NCBI RefSeq assembly: GCF_006345805.1
Contig: NC_043010.1
Span: 64,604,001 to 64,668,000, forward strand
Source: Octopus sinensis
Lineage: Eukaryota
Direction of reading: 5' to 3'
DNA length: 64,000 nt
Shown here: positions 26,993-39,719 of the stretch, piece by piece
Numbering within the stretch: position 1 is the first letter of the stretch
Layout of the letters: each line of letters opens with the position of its first letter
The notes under the pieces: generated by a model
What the model was told of the DNA's origin: nothing
Seen by the model: only the letters and a program-made list of their open reading frames with translations
Databases searched by the model: none
Translations under genes and position numbers: made by a program

Positions 26993-27954
26993 ATAATCAT
27001 ATAAACTATATAAAATCATGAGGTCTGTGTAATAAAATACAGTAGATAGTGATTGGCTTGAGGTTTAGAGCTGGAGTAAAGAGTAAGACATGTAGGAGAG
27101 GGATTTTTATAGCAATGAGCTTAGAGCAGTTCTAGCAGGCTTAGTTTATTATTGGGCATTAGGTAGATAATGGAATTTTTGCATTCGATAGAGAATAGAG
27201 AACGTTTATGTTAAATGCAAAGTAAAATGTGTTCATACTAGTGTATAATTAAAATGATAATTTCAAAAGATTAATAAAAATAGTATCATATAATGGAAAT
27301 GTTTCGTTTAATAGTAAATTACCTAGGCAGCATAGAGGCATTATCATGGGAGTAATTATTGACCTTGTTTTAGCCGACTTGTACTTGCTTAAAGATTTAG
27401 AAAAAGAAAACATTAAGTCTAGTTAGGCAGCTTAGTGCCTGTCGTAGATATAAAGATGATATTTTCGTTCCAAATTATAATTTCTCTGAATGGTCAAGGC
27501 CGACAGGAAGCGTTGCTGCTTTCTAGGGCTAAATAGCAGTGGCGTGATTCCCTTCATGGGACTGTCACATTAAGTTGACAGTATACAACTACTCTATCGT
27601 ACCACTACTGCTTATATTATAGAAATGTAATATTTCAATGAATGATTATTATTTACAGTTTACCATTGGGAGTTTGAGACTAGCATAATTAGTATGAATG
27701 TTAATAAGATTAATTATGACGGACATGGAGTGTTTGCAGCGCAAATAACAAGACATCAAAAAATATTTCAAAGCTTGGTTTTTTAGTAGTTATGTCTCTG
27801 TCTGATACTAATATCTGGTAGTTCGTTTCATGTTGCTTGTTATTGCTTTCTACTGTTGAAATTTGTGATGACTATGCAGCTTCTTAGGTAATATCTCATT
27901 CTATGTCCAGATAATTTGTGGAGTTAGTTATAAGGTTAGTTATCAATATATACG

Positions 27955-28770
27955 TAACGAGGAGCGTTCATTTACGGTTTTCTCTGACCCCCTTCGCGTT
28001 ACTGCAGGAAACGGAACTATACATGTATAATCATTCGTCTCTACATGTCACATTGTAAATTGCACCGTTCCACTAGCATTCATTTATCTTTTACGGCTGC
28101 TGAAGTGGACCAAGGTGTTATAGTGGAGGCAGTTTTCATTCGAGGTTCTTATACTTGAAAGGTCTTACCAAAAGAGACTTTCAATGAAATTAAAGAAGTT
28201 TATGGTGACGATTCACCATCATTCGACTTAGTCAAGCTCCAGCATCACTAGTTCCAATGTGGTCGGACATCGGTGGAAACTTCTCCTGTTCCTGAACGAC
28301 CGCATTCCGCCATTGATGACGATATCATAAGGTGGATTCCGCTATTTTGGAGGATGGCCGCATAACTATTCGGTAACTCGCTCAAGAAGTGAAGATAAGT
28401 ATAGGGTCCGCGGACAAAATCATTCACAGCAATTTGCACATGCGGAGGTTGTCTGCTCGATGGAGTCCCCGGATGCTCACACCTTTTCAGAAGCAGGAAC
28501 GAGTCAAGTGCTCCCAGACAATTTTGGCAATGTGCCAAGAAAACGAGTAGGCTTTTTTCAACAGACTTATCACACAGGATGGAACATGAGTCAATCACTG
28601 ATCCTGATACTAAAGTCCAGTCGAAGCAATGGAAGCATGATAACTCACCCCCTCCAAAGAAGGCGCGTGCCCAACTCTCAGCAAGCAAGAAGATACTCAG
28701 AGTTTTGGGGACCAGCGCAGAATAGTGATGATGCATTTTCTGGAAAAGAGCACCACTTACTCGATGAGAG
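27955..28770 (+). mobile_element. Mariner (DD34D-type) transposon, 5' part, cut off by the adjacent R4 LINE
   Basis: Remnants of EVYGDDSPSF, FQCGRTSVETSP, RRLSARW.PRML (the WVPHEL-type motif), RLITQD.TW and QSKQWKHDNSPPPKKAR; the 5' end acgaggagcgttca resembles mariner TIRs. Confidence 0.8.
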
Positions 28771-28774
28771 ACAT

Positions 28775-31340
28775 ATAGATGGTCTCGAAGAAGACAATAA
28801 AACTACTGTTTACCTGATAGATGGGCAAAAGGCATTCTACAACAGAATAAAGGCAACGCGACAGAAGAACGTCAGTGACATTAGTTGCAACCTTTAAAAG
28901 GCTGAACATTGGAAATTGAATCAAGAAACAAAAAATGTGAATGAAATTCTGAAACACATCCTAACAAAGAACATCACAGAAACAAATAATTCGATCAAGT
29001 ATTGTTGTAGCAGAAAATGTGGGTGTTGATGTCAAGAAAAATAAATATATTGGGAGTGACAAAAGAAAAGATCCATGGTAGAAAAGAAGAATATAGGCGG
29101 GGTTTGATATGCTCTTGAATTACATGTTAGACCGAAACGAAAGGGAGGAGCTTCAAAGCGAGCAGAAATACAGGGCACTGAACAGAAAGTATGGGTATTG
29201 AAAGAAAGAGCTTGAAATTGGTAATGGAGACACTGAAACAGCGCCTCGTTGCAAAGAAAAACGAAGGAATACCAGCAGAATAGCTTATTTCTGTGTAGAT
29301 CAGAAGAGATTATACAAAGAAATAAATGGAGAGTGTACAGATGAAAAGATGATACCATATAACATTGAAAGTCAAAGGTTGTGGTGTGACATCTGGAGCA
29401 AAGACAAGGAGCACAAGAAGGATGCTAAATGGTTGCATCAGTAGTGTGTCCACAACAGGCAGATCTAGTCATTTCAGTTAGGGAAGTGAAGAAGATCAAC
29501 AAAAACATGGGCAACTTGAAGGCCCCAGGTGCAGATGGGGTTCAAGGCTACTTGATCAAAAGCTTAGTGAATGTCATACACGAATAGCTGCACAAATTAA
29601 CAGCTTGTTAATTGCCGACCATGTAATAGCAGAGTGGTTGCAATGGGTAGAATAGTGCTGTGCTTGAAAAACATCGTAAAAGACAAAACGGTAGACAATT
29701 AGAGGCCGATATCCTGCTTGCTCCATGTGGAAATTATTGACTGGAATAGACGCAGATTCAACGTACGAACATCTGGAAAAAAATGGAGTCCTGCTACATG
29801 AGTGGAAGGGTTGCAAGCGTAAGTGCAGAGGTAACAAGGATCAACTCCTGGTAGACAAAATTTTACTTAGAGACTGCAAGAGAAAGAAAACTAACTTACC
29901 CATCTCATAGATCTATTATCGTAAGGCATACCATATGATCCCACATTCTTGGATTATGGTATTGCATCGAATGTTGAACGATTGCTTGGAAAAGGTATAG
30001 CTAAGTGGCGAACGGAACTGACAGCATATAGAAGTGTAGGGGAATAGAAATCAGGAGTGGCATCTTCCAAGGGAACTTCCTGTCCCCATTGTTCTTTGTT
30101 ACGTGCATGATACCACTAACACTGATTCTGAGGAAAGCAAAGGCTGTGTACGTTATTCAAGAGCCTCCAACAAAGAGTCAACCCCTTGCTATTCGTGGAT
30201 GACCTCAAACTTTATGATAAAGCTGAATCCTAAGTCAGTTCCCTTGTTGATACGGTGTATACTGTCAGTGTATCAGAATGGAGTTCGGACTGAAAAAGTG
30301 CAGTGTGTTTGTCTTGAAGAGAAGCAAAATTAAATGTACGGATGGGCAAGCGATACCGTCGGGGGAGCTTATGTAACAAATAGAAGAGACGGGCTATAAG
30401 TACTTGGGGATATTGGAAATGGATAAATTAATGGAGAAAGAAATGACAGAAGAATTTAAGGTGGTGTACTTGCGCAGACTGAGACTAATCCTTAAATCAA
30501 AATTAAACTTACGGAATAAGATTAATGCTATCAACGCCTGGGCAGTTTCACTCCTTAGATATGGAGCAGGAGTAATCGTATCGGCTGTAGACGAACTAAA
30601 CAGTATATAAAACGACAAGAAAGTTGTTAACTAGATATGGAATACTCCACCCAAAAAGGGACGGAGATAGTCTTTATGCACCAAGAATAAGTGGAGGAAA
30701 AGAACTGATTGGATGCGAACACAGCATTAGAGCAGAAGAAAACAACATGATATGTTAAAAATGCCACAGAACCGCTATTCTTGGAAATAAAAAGATCAGG
30801 CTTGTATAGGATGGAAGATAAAGCACTCTTGAGAATGAATGAAACTGAAAAAGAATGTATGAACAATTTCAATGGGATGTTGAAGATAAGACAGAAAGAG
30901 AAAAAAGATGGATGATTAAAACTGATTTTAAATCGGAAACGGAGGTTCTAATCTGTACAGTCCAAGAACAAGCATTAAGAACCATTTACATCAAATGCAG
31001 AATAGATAGCACATCAGAAAGTGGAAAGTGCAGAATTTGCGGACAAAATGGTGAAACCGTATGGAATACTACCAGTGAATGTACGCCACTAGTCCAGAAA
31101 AAAATATAAGAGACGTCATGACAACATAGTAAGGATTGTCCATTGGACACTTTGCAATAAGTATGGACTTGACAGAGCAAAACATTGATACGGACACAAA
31201 CTCGAAGACATCATCGAAAATGATAATCCCAAGATCCTATGGGATTTTATGGAGCAGTTGCAGAAAACAGCACTGCTTGGAAGCCCTCCAAATTTTTTTT
31301 AGACTAGGAAGAGGTAGTGAGGTCATTGAGCCTTGCTTCG
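28775..31340 (+). mobile_element. R4/Dong-clade (RLE-type) non-LTR retrotransposon, degenerate
   Basis: MWKLLTGI...KGCKRKCRGNKDQLLVDK, GIFQG..LSPL, LFVDDLKLY, YKYLGILE...KINAINAWAVSLLRYGAG, the CCHC knuckle KCRICGQNGETVWNTTSEC...KRRHD, KILWDF and LQKTALLG. Confidence 0.9.
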
Positions 31341-31716
31341 GATGAGAATATATACTACTAACTCTGTCCTATTATGTTTCTTCATCTTTTGGAAGCAGGA
31401 ATGTTAAACCATTAAGTAGGCAAGAGGGAATCATACTAGGATGTTGTAAAACATTGTTCTGTTAGCAGTTCAGTCGTTGCGTTTTTCCAAGGAATCTAAT
31501 GCTCTTAGCTTAGTTTTTCCTTGGGGCTGGCCAGATTGGAGCAATCTTAAGATTAATCAGCCGAAATTGCGAGGATGATCCGGTTCTTGACTGAAGATAA
31601 AAGGCTTCGAATGACCCGTCCGTGTTTTATTGTATCGTCTATCTGGATGTTTTGTCGTCCCTTTTTGTATCACCTGGTTGTCCGGATGTTTTGCGTTATT
31701 GTCCCATTTTGCATTT

Positions 31717-31758
<42 letters not shown>

Positions 31759-31761
31759 CCT

Positions 31762-31800
<39 letters not shown>

Positions 31801-31849
31801 ATATATATATATAATATATATATATGGAGAATTCACAACAAATTGAAAC

Positions 31850-32020
31850 GAAAGTCGAAGACAGGTGGTGTAGACAACAAACAGTTGTGTTAGTATAACG
31901 CTCGGGGGGTGAAAACGTCTTTAACGTTTCGAGCTTACGGTCTTCCACAGAAAGAAACAAGGAGACATAATAAAGAGAGAAAATAAAGAATGTGTAGTGG
32001 CTAAGTGATCTATCATGGCG
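31850..32020 (-). mobile_element. Penelope-type terminal repeat fragment with a variant hammerhead-like motif (31918-31955)
   Basis: Homologous to 32880-33060. Minus strand reads UCUUU CUGUGGA A GACC GUAA GCUC GAAA CG UU AAAGA. Confidence 0.6.
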
Positions 32021-32052
<32 letters not shown>

Positions 32053-32089
32053 TAGATAGATATGTATATATGTATGTATGAATGTATAT

Positions 32090-32284
32090 GTGTGTCTGTG
32101 TTTCTCCCCCAGCGATGTTGACAACCGATGCTGGTGTGTTTACGGCACCTTACTTTAGCGTCTTGGGAAAGAGACCGATAGAATAAACACTAGGCTTACA
32201 AAGAATAGGTCTTGGGTTGATTTGTTCGACTAAAGGCAGTGCTCCAGCATGGCTGCAGGGAAATCATCGAAACAAGTAAAAGAA
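32090..32284 (+). mobile_element. SINE family B, 3' half
   Basis: gacaaccgatgctggtgtgttta...cgactaaaggcagtgctccagcatggc...aaacaagtaaaaga. Confidence 0.85.
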
Positions 32285-32859
32285 AATATATGTATATATC
32301 TATGCACAATTTGTGTGTGCGTGCGTGTGTGTAATATCTGATTTGATATGTGCACCACCACAATTTTGTTCCAGTCTTGATCACAACCGTTCGACGAACG
32401 GAATCGCGAACTCTGAGTGGTAGTTTGGTGGTGTTTTTGCAGATTTTGTTCAATGGACACGAGTGAGTCACTTGAAATCTGCTGGTGTCCTTGCAAACCT
32501 TTTGGCAAATGGGACAAGTTGAAAACTGCATTTGCTTGAGTGGTTGTGGATCATTTACTGAGTTTCGTTGAGTCGAGGACAAGGCCTGCTTTGCTTCGTG
32601 CCACAAAACTACAATTGTAGGTAAGATTGCTATACACACACTCATATACGTATATATATACGTATGCATGTATATATTATATACATAGATATGCACACAC
32701 TCACACACACAAACACACATATATGCAAATGTATATTTCCATACAAGACATGTTTACATACATATGTATACATGTGCGTGTATGCATATCTCTCTCTCCC
32801 CCCTCTCTCTCTAAATATATATATATATATATATATATATAGATATATATGTATAACGG

Positions 32860-33675
32860 GAAAGTTTACGAAAATAAACAAAAGACGAAGGCTGGTGGAG
32901 TACAAACAATGTATTAGTATGACGCTCAGGAATAGAAATAGAACAAGTGTTTTACGTTTCGAGCCTACGCTCTTCGACAGAAATATACACAGAAAAAAAG
33001 ACAAGGAGAGAAACAAGGAGAGCAAAAATGCGTGTAGGAGCTAACGATCTATCATGGCGTTCTGACTTCAGGCAGAGGTCAGAGGTCAGAGGTCAGACGT
33101 TAGACGCTAGAGGGACAGTAGGGGAGATAACAGGGTCAAGTGACTTCCAAAACAAAGGTGCGTGTGTGTATAAGAGACTATGTATGTGCGTGTGAAAGAG
33201 GGCTGGTGGTCAGGACGTATGTATGTATGTATGTATGTATGTATGTATGTATGTATGGGTGTGGAGATATGGGGATGGGTGTGTAGGTGGTGTGTTGTGA
33301 CGTAATATATGTGTATGTATGTGTAGGTGTAAAGATGTAGGGATGGGTGTGTGGGCGGTGTGCTGTGGGTGGTGTGTTGTGATGTGTAATGTTGTATGGT
33401 GTAGTGTAGTGTGGTGTGATATTGTGGGGAGGTGGGGGCGAGAGTGGGGAAAACCCATGTGGGGTGTGGGTTCGTCTGGAGGTTGGGGTAGAGTGGGGGT
33501 TGTGGGGAGAGTGAGAGGGGGGAAAGTTGAGCCCAACAGCGTAAAAGAGCGAAGAGAGAAGATTAGTACCTGTTCACGGCGCAAGCGGGAATCTGGATGG
33601 CCTCTGTGCAAGGTCAATCCGAACACAGACAGGTGTTGCAAGGAGTGACCGGTGGAGCGGAAATGGCGTGAGACT

Positions 33676-33680
<5 letters not shown>
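32860..33680 (-). mobile_element. Penelope-like element 3' end (GIY-YIG C-terminus plus terminal repeat)
   Basis: [44 protein letters not shown] is a typical PLE endonuclease C-terminus; the tail carries ctgtcgaagagcgtaggctcgaaacgt. Confidence 0.8.
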
Positions 33681-33756
<76 letters not shown>

Positions 33757-33879
33757 TGTATGTATGCATATGCATTTGCATACATCCACTGATATAGAAA
33801 TATGTATGCGTATTTATATGCACAAACATCGTCGAAGCTAATGGGCTTCTTCCTGACATATGAAACTTATTATTTATCT

Positions 33880-34330
33880 TGCTGCTGTCAGCCTTCTTCC
33901 ATTTTCTACTTGTGTTTCTCTCTGTCCCTGTGCTTTATTCTTCTTTCTTTTAACTCCAAAGTCTTTTCTGTCTTTTCTTGTGTTCTTTGTCGCTCCTCAG
34001 TTCTTCTGCTCGTTAATTGACATGGGACTTTGATGTTTCCGTATTGTAAATTCTGCTTGCTTTCTCTGTATTTAGAAGTCAAGAAGGCTCTATGCAAATG
34101 AAAACTGTTTTGTATCTGTGGTATGTGCAGTTGACTTGTGTGTATTTGAAAAATTAGACAATTGCTTTTCTTTCAATTAAATTTATCTCATGCATGTATC
34201 TGAGCATGTCAAAATTGTCTAATTGAGATACGTTTATTGTTTTGTCTCTCGTCATCTATCCTAGAAGAGCGCAAGCTCGAAACATTGAAAACTCCTTTCA
34301 ATTTGTTTGCTTTTTTATCTCGACTTCTTG
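33880..34330 (+). mobile_element. Probable Penelope terminal-repeat remnant
   Basis: Pyrimidine-rich body ending in agaagagcgcaagctcgaaac, the same motif as at 31930 and 32960 but in the opposite orientation. Confidence 0.45.
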
Positions 34331-34539
34331 TCCCATAGATATATATATATATATATAAGGATCGTATGTAGAAAACATAAGCACACTGTAAGATGTAAAG
34401 CACTATATATTAAAAGTGGAGAAAGCTGGTTTACTGGATTACCATGGGTTCCCTTCCATTAAGGGTATAGCTTTATGACGTATCTTCAGATCCCAAAACA
34501 TGTTGACCTAAGACCTCTTCGAAATATGGAGGGGGAAAG

Positions 34540-35200
34540 CCGCGTTACCAAGGTAAACAGTAGGGGATTATCTCTCTTTGACATTGGCTATTTATTTCTG
34601 GCTGTGCCGCCATCTTGTGGGCTCGAAACAGCAGCAGGAATTTCCTAAAATGTAAAGATGGCCTGAAAATCTCCGTTCTATAGTTAAGGATGTTCCCTGC
34701 TTCGAGCGAGACTTTTAGGATTCTCGCGCAAGTACCGAAGCGCAAGAGGAGCCTAACGTCAAAGAAGTCTGCTGCTGTGAGGTTGGCTGCTATGCTGATC
34801 TTCAAACCCATGGAGGCAAATGTGCCGATTAAGATTTTCCAAAGCCTATCTAGTGTATACCCGCTTGCTCCCCAATAGATAGCCGAGGCGTCGTTTCTGC
34901 AGAGGACAAAGAGGAAAGAGGGGAACTTATTCCCAAGGGTATCTACGATATACAACTCAATGAGGTCGCATACTTCAGCGCTGTTGTAGGTTCCCATCGC
35001 TACGTCAAAGAGCCCGTGGGGTCGGATTGCTCGACCCATGCCGAACCTTTGTTGAACAGCGCTGTTCTTCTGGTATGCATAATAATTTTTACATCGCTGT
35101 CTCTAATACTCGTGAAACCCCTAGCGAAAGAAAACGCCTTGGTCAGTAGCCCTAAGCCAGCAGGTATTGGGTTTGACGATACGCCACAAAGCTAAACCTT
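34540..35200 (-). mobile_element. Penelope-like reverse transcriptase fragment
   Basis: FDVAMGTYNSAEVCDLIELYI...LCRNDA...GLKISIAANLTAADFFDV resembles FDVTMGSYDGAE.CELVGLY...LYRDDG...GL.ITI..N....DFLDV; KAFSFARGFT and KIIMH.R motifs lie upstream. Confidence 0.85.
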
Positions 35201-35484
35201 TTATGGACGGAACCACATGGTTAATTCCATAAACCGGCTTTTACTTTTAATATGTATATATGTGTGTGTGTATGTTGTGTGCATGTATGTATGGATGGAT
35301 GGATTGTTGTATTTATGGACCAGGCTACAAATTGCAGAGTAAGCCACTATAAGGGCTGTAATTTATAGACGTATGTAGTTTAAATCAAATATATCCAATC
35401 ATTAATGATTATCTCATTAAGTAGATATAAAATATAATCATTTCGTATCTCCTGTTTTTCTTTCTACTCTACATAAACATATGC

Positions 35485-35563
<79 letters not shown>

Positions 35564-35595
35564 GTGTGTGTGTGTGTATGTATGTATAATTAAAT

Positions 35596-36011
35596 AAGGT
35601 ACTATTACCATTAATAATATTAATAACTTTATAATAAAGTGGCCTGACAGTTTATACCTATATAGGTAAACTATAGAAATAAATTAAGTAGGGTATTAGC
35701 ATACGACTTGCTAAAAATAGAGCTGACTGTCCAAAGTCACAAACTTCCCACTATTAAGATATACACACGACGAATGTAACGAATATAACAGGAATAGGCT
35801 TACATTGTATGAACTACAGAAGCAAGAAGAGAGAGATATTCCGGTATTAATTGCTTTCAACTTTCGTATCAATATACTTAAGGCTCATCAGTTTTTGAAA
35901 ATATTCATTACACTACACCTTGCGCGTTCTTTCATTCGAATGCCCGCGCGGCATTCAAAAATGAACATAAAATGATCCGGTACAACATAAAACTGTGTAA
36001 GGTATTATTAC

Positions 36012-36071
<60 letters not shown>

Positions 36072-36270
36072 TAATGACAATAATAATAATATAATAATAA
36101 TGGTAGTAGTAGTAGTAGTAATGAAGTGGCCAGCAAGTTTATACCTATATCGGTAAAATATACAAATAAATTAAGTAGAGTACCGGAATATCACGCTAAA
36201 AATCGAGCTAACACACCAAAACCACAAATTTCTCTCTATTAAAATACACACGTCGAATATAACGAATATA
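35596..36270 (+). repeat. Diverged direct duplication (35596-35787 vs 35998-36270); the second copy has an expanded (AAT)n
   Basis: Shared anchors aaggta.tattaccattaataata, tttatacctatat.ggtaaa.tata.aaataaattaagtag and atacacacg.cgaat.taacgaatata. Confidence 0.75.
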
Positions 36271-36309
36271 TAGGGTTCATACGGCTGTAAAAATCAACTA
36301 ATGTTCAAT

Positions 36310-36490
36310 AAAGCCATAACTGAAGACAGCCGTAGAAAGAAGAAGGGTCTAAGTATGGCCTGGATCGATTACCGAAAAGCTTTTCATAGCATTTCCCACA
36401 CATGGATCCAATAAACAATAGACATGAACAAGTCAGCACCAATAATCATGAAATATATACCATAAATGTCACCAACAGATGACAGCGTTT
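36310..36490 (+). mobile_element. R4-clade RT fragment
   Basis: AITEDSRRKKKGLSMAWIDYRKAFHSISHTWI. Confidence 0.8.
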
Positions 36491-36827
36491 CTCTAAAAGA
36501 AATGGAGAAACATTTGAAATACAAAACCTGGAAATAAAGGTAACTCGAATATGGAGTCTAAAAACACAAACAATTCCTTCATAATAGACGCATTGGGTAT
36601 GATTAAAAAAAAGTATTCAGAGAAATACATAGTAAAAACACTAGGACTAACAAATATATATAACATTGAGAAAATAGTACTACTAATCACCTTACACATC
36701 CTACGTAAAACACTTTCAGTACAGTAACAATAAGAACTTCGCGACAAACCTCAGCATATACCCAAATCAGACAGAACTGCGAACGGTGATAAAAATAAGA
36801 CTACTTAATAATAATAATAATAATAAT

Positions 36828-37020
36828 AATAAATTGATAAATATGGAGACCTAAGGATTGAGATCGATAAGATGTGGCATCTACGATAAAGGTTATCTCT
36901 ATTGTCATCTGAAAACTTTAGAGATACCCTACTATTTAGATGCCTTGTAAAAGTCGGTATTATTGGAACTGCGAGCATATTGCCTAAGGGGCTGTCTGTC
37001 TGAGGTCCTTGTTGTGACTT
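36828..37020 (+). mobile_element. R4-clade restriction-like endonuclease / 3' end fragment
   Basis: KIDKYGDLRIEIDKMWHL...KVISIVI...LLG-type remnants; followed by an (AAT)n tail. Confidence 0.7.
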
Positions 37021-37095
37021 CACAAACAGTACAAAACCACGGCAGACACAATATCTTCAATCAACAACTTTACGATATTGTATACTGTGCTACGT

Positions 37096-37096
37096 C

Positions 37097-37185
<89 letters not shown>

Positions 37186-37232
37186 TAATAATAATATAAA
37201 TAATAATAATAATAAATAATAATAATAATATA

Positions 37233-37308
<76 letters not shown>

Positions 37309-37322
37309 TAATAATAACAATA

Positions 37323-37356
<34 letters not shown>

Positions 37357-37380
37357 TTAATGATAATAATAATAATAATA
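37096..37380. repeat. (AAT)n microsatellite
   Basis: Directly visible. Confidence 0.95.
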
Positions 37381-37424
37381 TGGTTATAGTGGTTTAAACT
37401 TTTGCCACAAAGTTTTAGAAGGTA

Positions 37425-38660
37425 TTAGGTTGTCAAGAAAGTTCTTACGGAAGTTCTAATTTGGGTTTTAAATGATGCATTTTCAAATTAATTTTCGTTA
37501 AATTACTTTGACTTTATATATCATTTTAAAGACCGTTTTTTCTCTCTGTCTAATCGTGTTGCTCATTTTCTTTTTGAATAATTAGGCCTTTTTCCGGAAC
37601 GTTGAACACAGCATGGACTAAAAGCAAATTCGCATAATTTTCTTATTCCAGTTCAAGCTAGGCCGAAAAGGTTCTGAAACAGCTCGCGAGATCAACGATG
37701 CGTTTGGCCCAGGAACCACTAATGAACGTACAGCACAATGGTGGTTCAAGAAATTTCGTAGCGGTGACGAGAATCTTGATGATGATAAGCGTAGTGGTCG
37801 GCCATCAGATGTTCGCAGCAATCAACTAAGAGCCTTAGTCGAAGTCAATCCACGCACGACTGTTCGAGAGCTTGCCTCTGGATTAAACGTAACGTATACG
37901 ACAATTTCCAATCACTTGAAAGAGACTGGAAAAACAAAAATACTTGAGAAATGGGTGCCGCACAAATTGAAGGACAACCAAAAACGACGCCGTTTTGAAG
38001 TATCGTCTTCCCTTCTTTTGCGCAACAGGAACGACCGTTTCTCAACCGGATTGTGAATTGCGATGAAAAGTGGATTCTTTACGACAACCGGCGACGCTCA
38101 GATAAGTGGTTGGACGCCGACGAAGCTCCACGGCACTTTTCGAAGCCGATATTGCACCAAAAGAAGATCATGGTGACTGTTTGGTGGTCTACGGCCGGTC
38201 TCATCCATCACAGCTTTTTGGATCCATGCGAAATCATTACAGCGGAGAAGTACTGTCAGTAAACGGATGAAATGCATAAGAAACTCCGACAACAATAGAA
38301 AAGGACCAATTCTTCTCCACGACAACGCTCGGCCGCACGTCGCACAAGTGACTTTGCAGAAGTTGAACCGCCATACTCACCAGACCTCTCGCCTACCGAC
38401 TACCACTTTTTCAAGCATCTCGACAGCCTCCTGCGTGAGAAATGCTTCAAAAACCAAGACGATGCCAAACACGCCTTCAACGACTTCATCGCCAACAGAA
38501 CGCAGGATTTTTACGCTACTGGCATAAAGAAACTTGTTTGGCGTTGGCAAAAGTATGTTGATTCTGGTGTCTATTTCAATTAATAAAGTTTTATTTCAGC
38601 CGAGATATGTCCATCTGAATTTAAAAGTTAAAAACCGCAAGAACTTTCTTGATAACCTAA
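37425..38660 (+). mobile_element. Near-full-length mariner (Hsmar1/cecropia-like) with both TIRs and TA TSDs; transposase pseudogene 37613-38583
   Basis: TA|TTAGGTTGTCAAGAAAGTTCTTACGG ... CCGCAAGAACTTTCTTGATAACCTAA|TA (26 bp, 2 mismatches). Protein motifs MD*KQIR, WFKKFRSGD, KWVPHKL, NCDEKWILYDN, LLHDNARPH and PYSPDLSPTDYHFF; stops and small deletions. Confidence 0.95.
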
Positions 38661-39719
38661 TATTTCTATAGATTTACGTTGATACAATTAGAGAAAATAT
38701 TACAAAACAATTTAGATATAGATTAAGGGGCAGTATGTGGGCACACATGCCGAAGGTCCCTGGCGGAAGATGTGAGCACTGGACACTTGCCTGACATGGA
38801 TAAGGACACAAGTTTTCACTGTTTTATCCTTTAAACAACCGGAAAAGCAGTGCACATAAGCCTTCAGCGAGATCTCGTTGCTGAAGGGATACGGAAGAAG
38901 GAATGCATCTTCAAACTGATTGTCTGGACAAAACACCTTTAAGAGTGGACACGGCTTATGAAATTCAAGTTGCCGTATGGAGTTTTAAAGCCGTGTTTTG
39001 TGTTAAATTAAGCAACGAAGTAGGCCGTAGCAGGATTTGAACTCTAGAAAAGATAGAACCGGAACAGTTAACGCAACATCGGACTCTACGTTCATAAATT
39101 TCGGCTGACGTATCGCATAGAATTGGTACTTTCATTATGAACTCCATAGAGAGAGATGCAAACAGGATATGTTAATATAAGCGAGCTATAGTGTAAATTT
39201 GGGAGGCCTTTTAATGTGTGGGGTGGGGCGAAGATTATATGTGCGTGTGCGGGTGTGTATGCGACTGTTTGCGTGTATGTATTTGAATGTGTGTGTTTGA
39301 AGGAAATGTTAACCATTTTCCATACTTTCTCGAGGTAAGCAAATAGGAATAAACAGTTGTATCTAAAGACAAAAGTCGTGTTGCACGGTGTAATTAACTG
39401 TATGTTTGCATGTATATATATATATACAAGTTTTATAGAAATTTCTTTCAAAGTTCCTATTTTGTTTTTCACACATCAACTTGTGCAAGTTTTACAATAC
39501 AGAATGTTAGATATAAAAAACCTAGCTGTCTCTTTCAATACATACCAATCTATGCAAATTAAAGTCGAAATATGTTACAACATATAGAATTTTCTCAATA
39601 AGGCCAAGAAAAAATGATGTTTTATAAACACATTCTACCAGTATACGAAGTTTAAAAGTGGTTAGTTAACTAGAAATTGTGTTGAAAACTGCCGTTCAAA
39701 AGGAAAAGATCCAATACAT

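Noticed and set aside
27790-27890. Hydrophobic frame before a GTAAT donor as a possible signal-peptide exon
   Set aside because: No in-frame ATG, and it is on the wrong strand for the nearby exons.
35840-35895. Minus-strand CUGAUGA...GAAA GUUG AAAG CAAU UA hammerhead-like string
   Set aside because: No stem I can form and 7 extra nt separate the core from stem II.
38853-38880. Short hairpin ccttcagc...gctgaagg
   Set aside because: An 8-bp stem is expected by chance in 64 kb and there is no supporting context.
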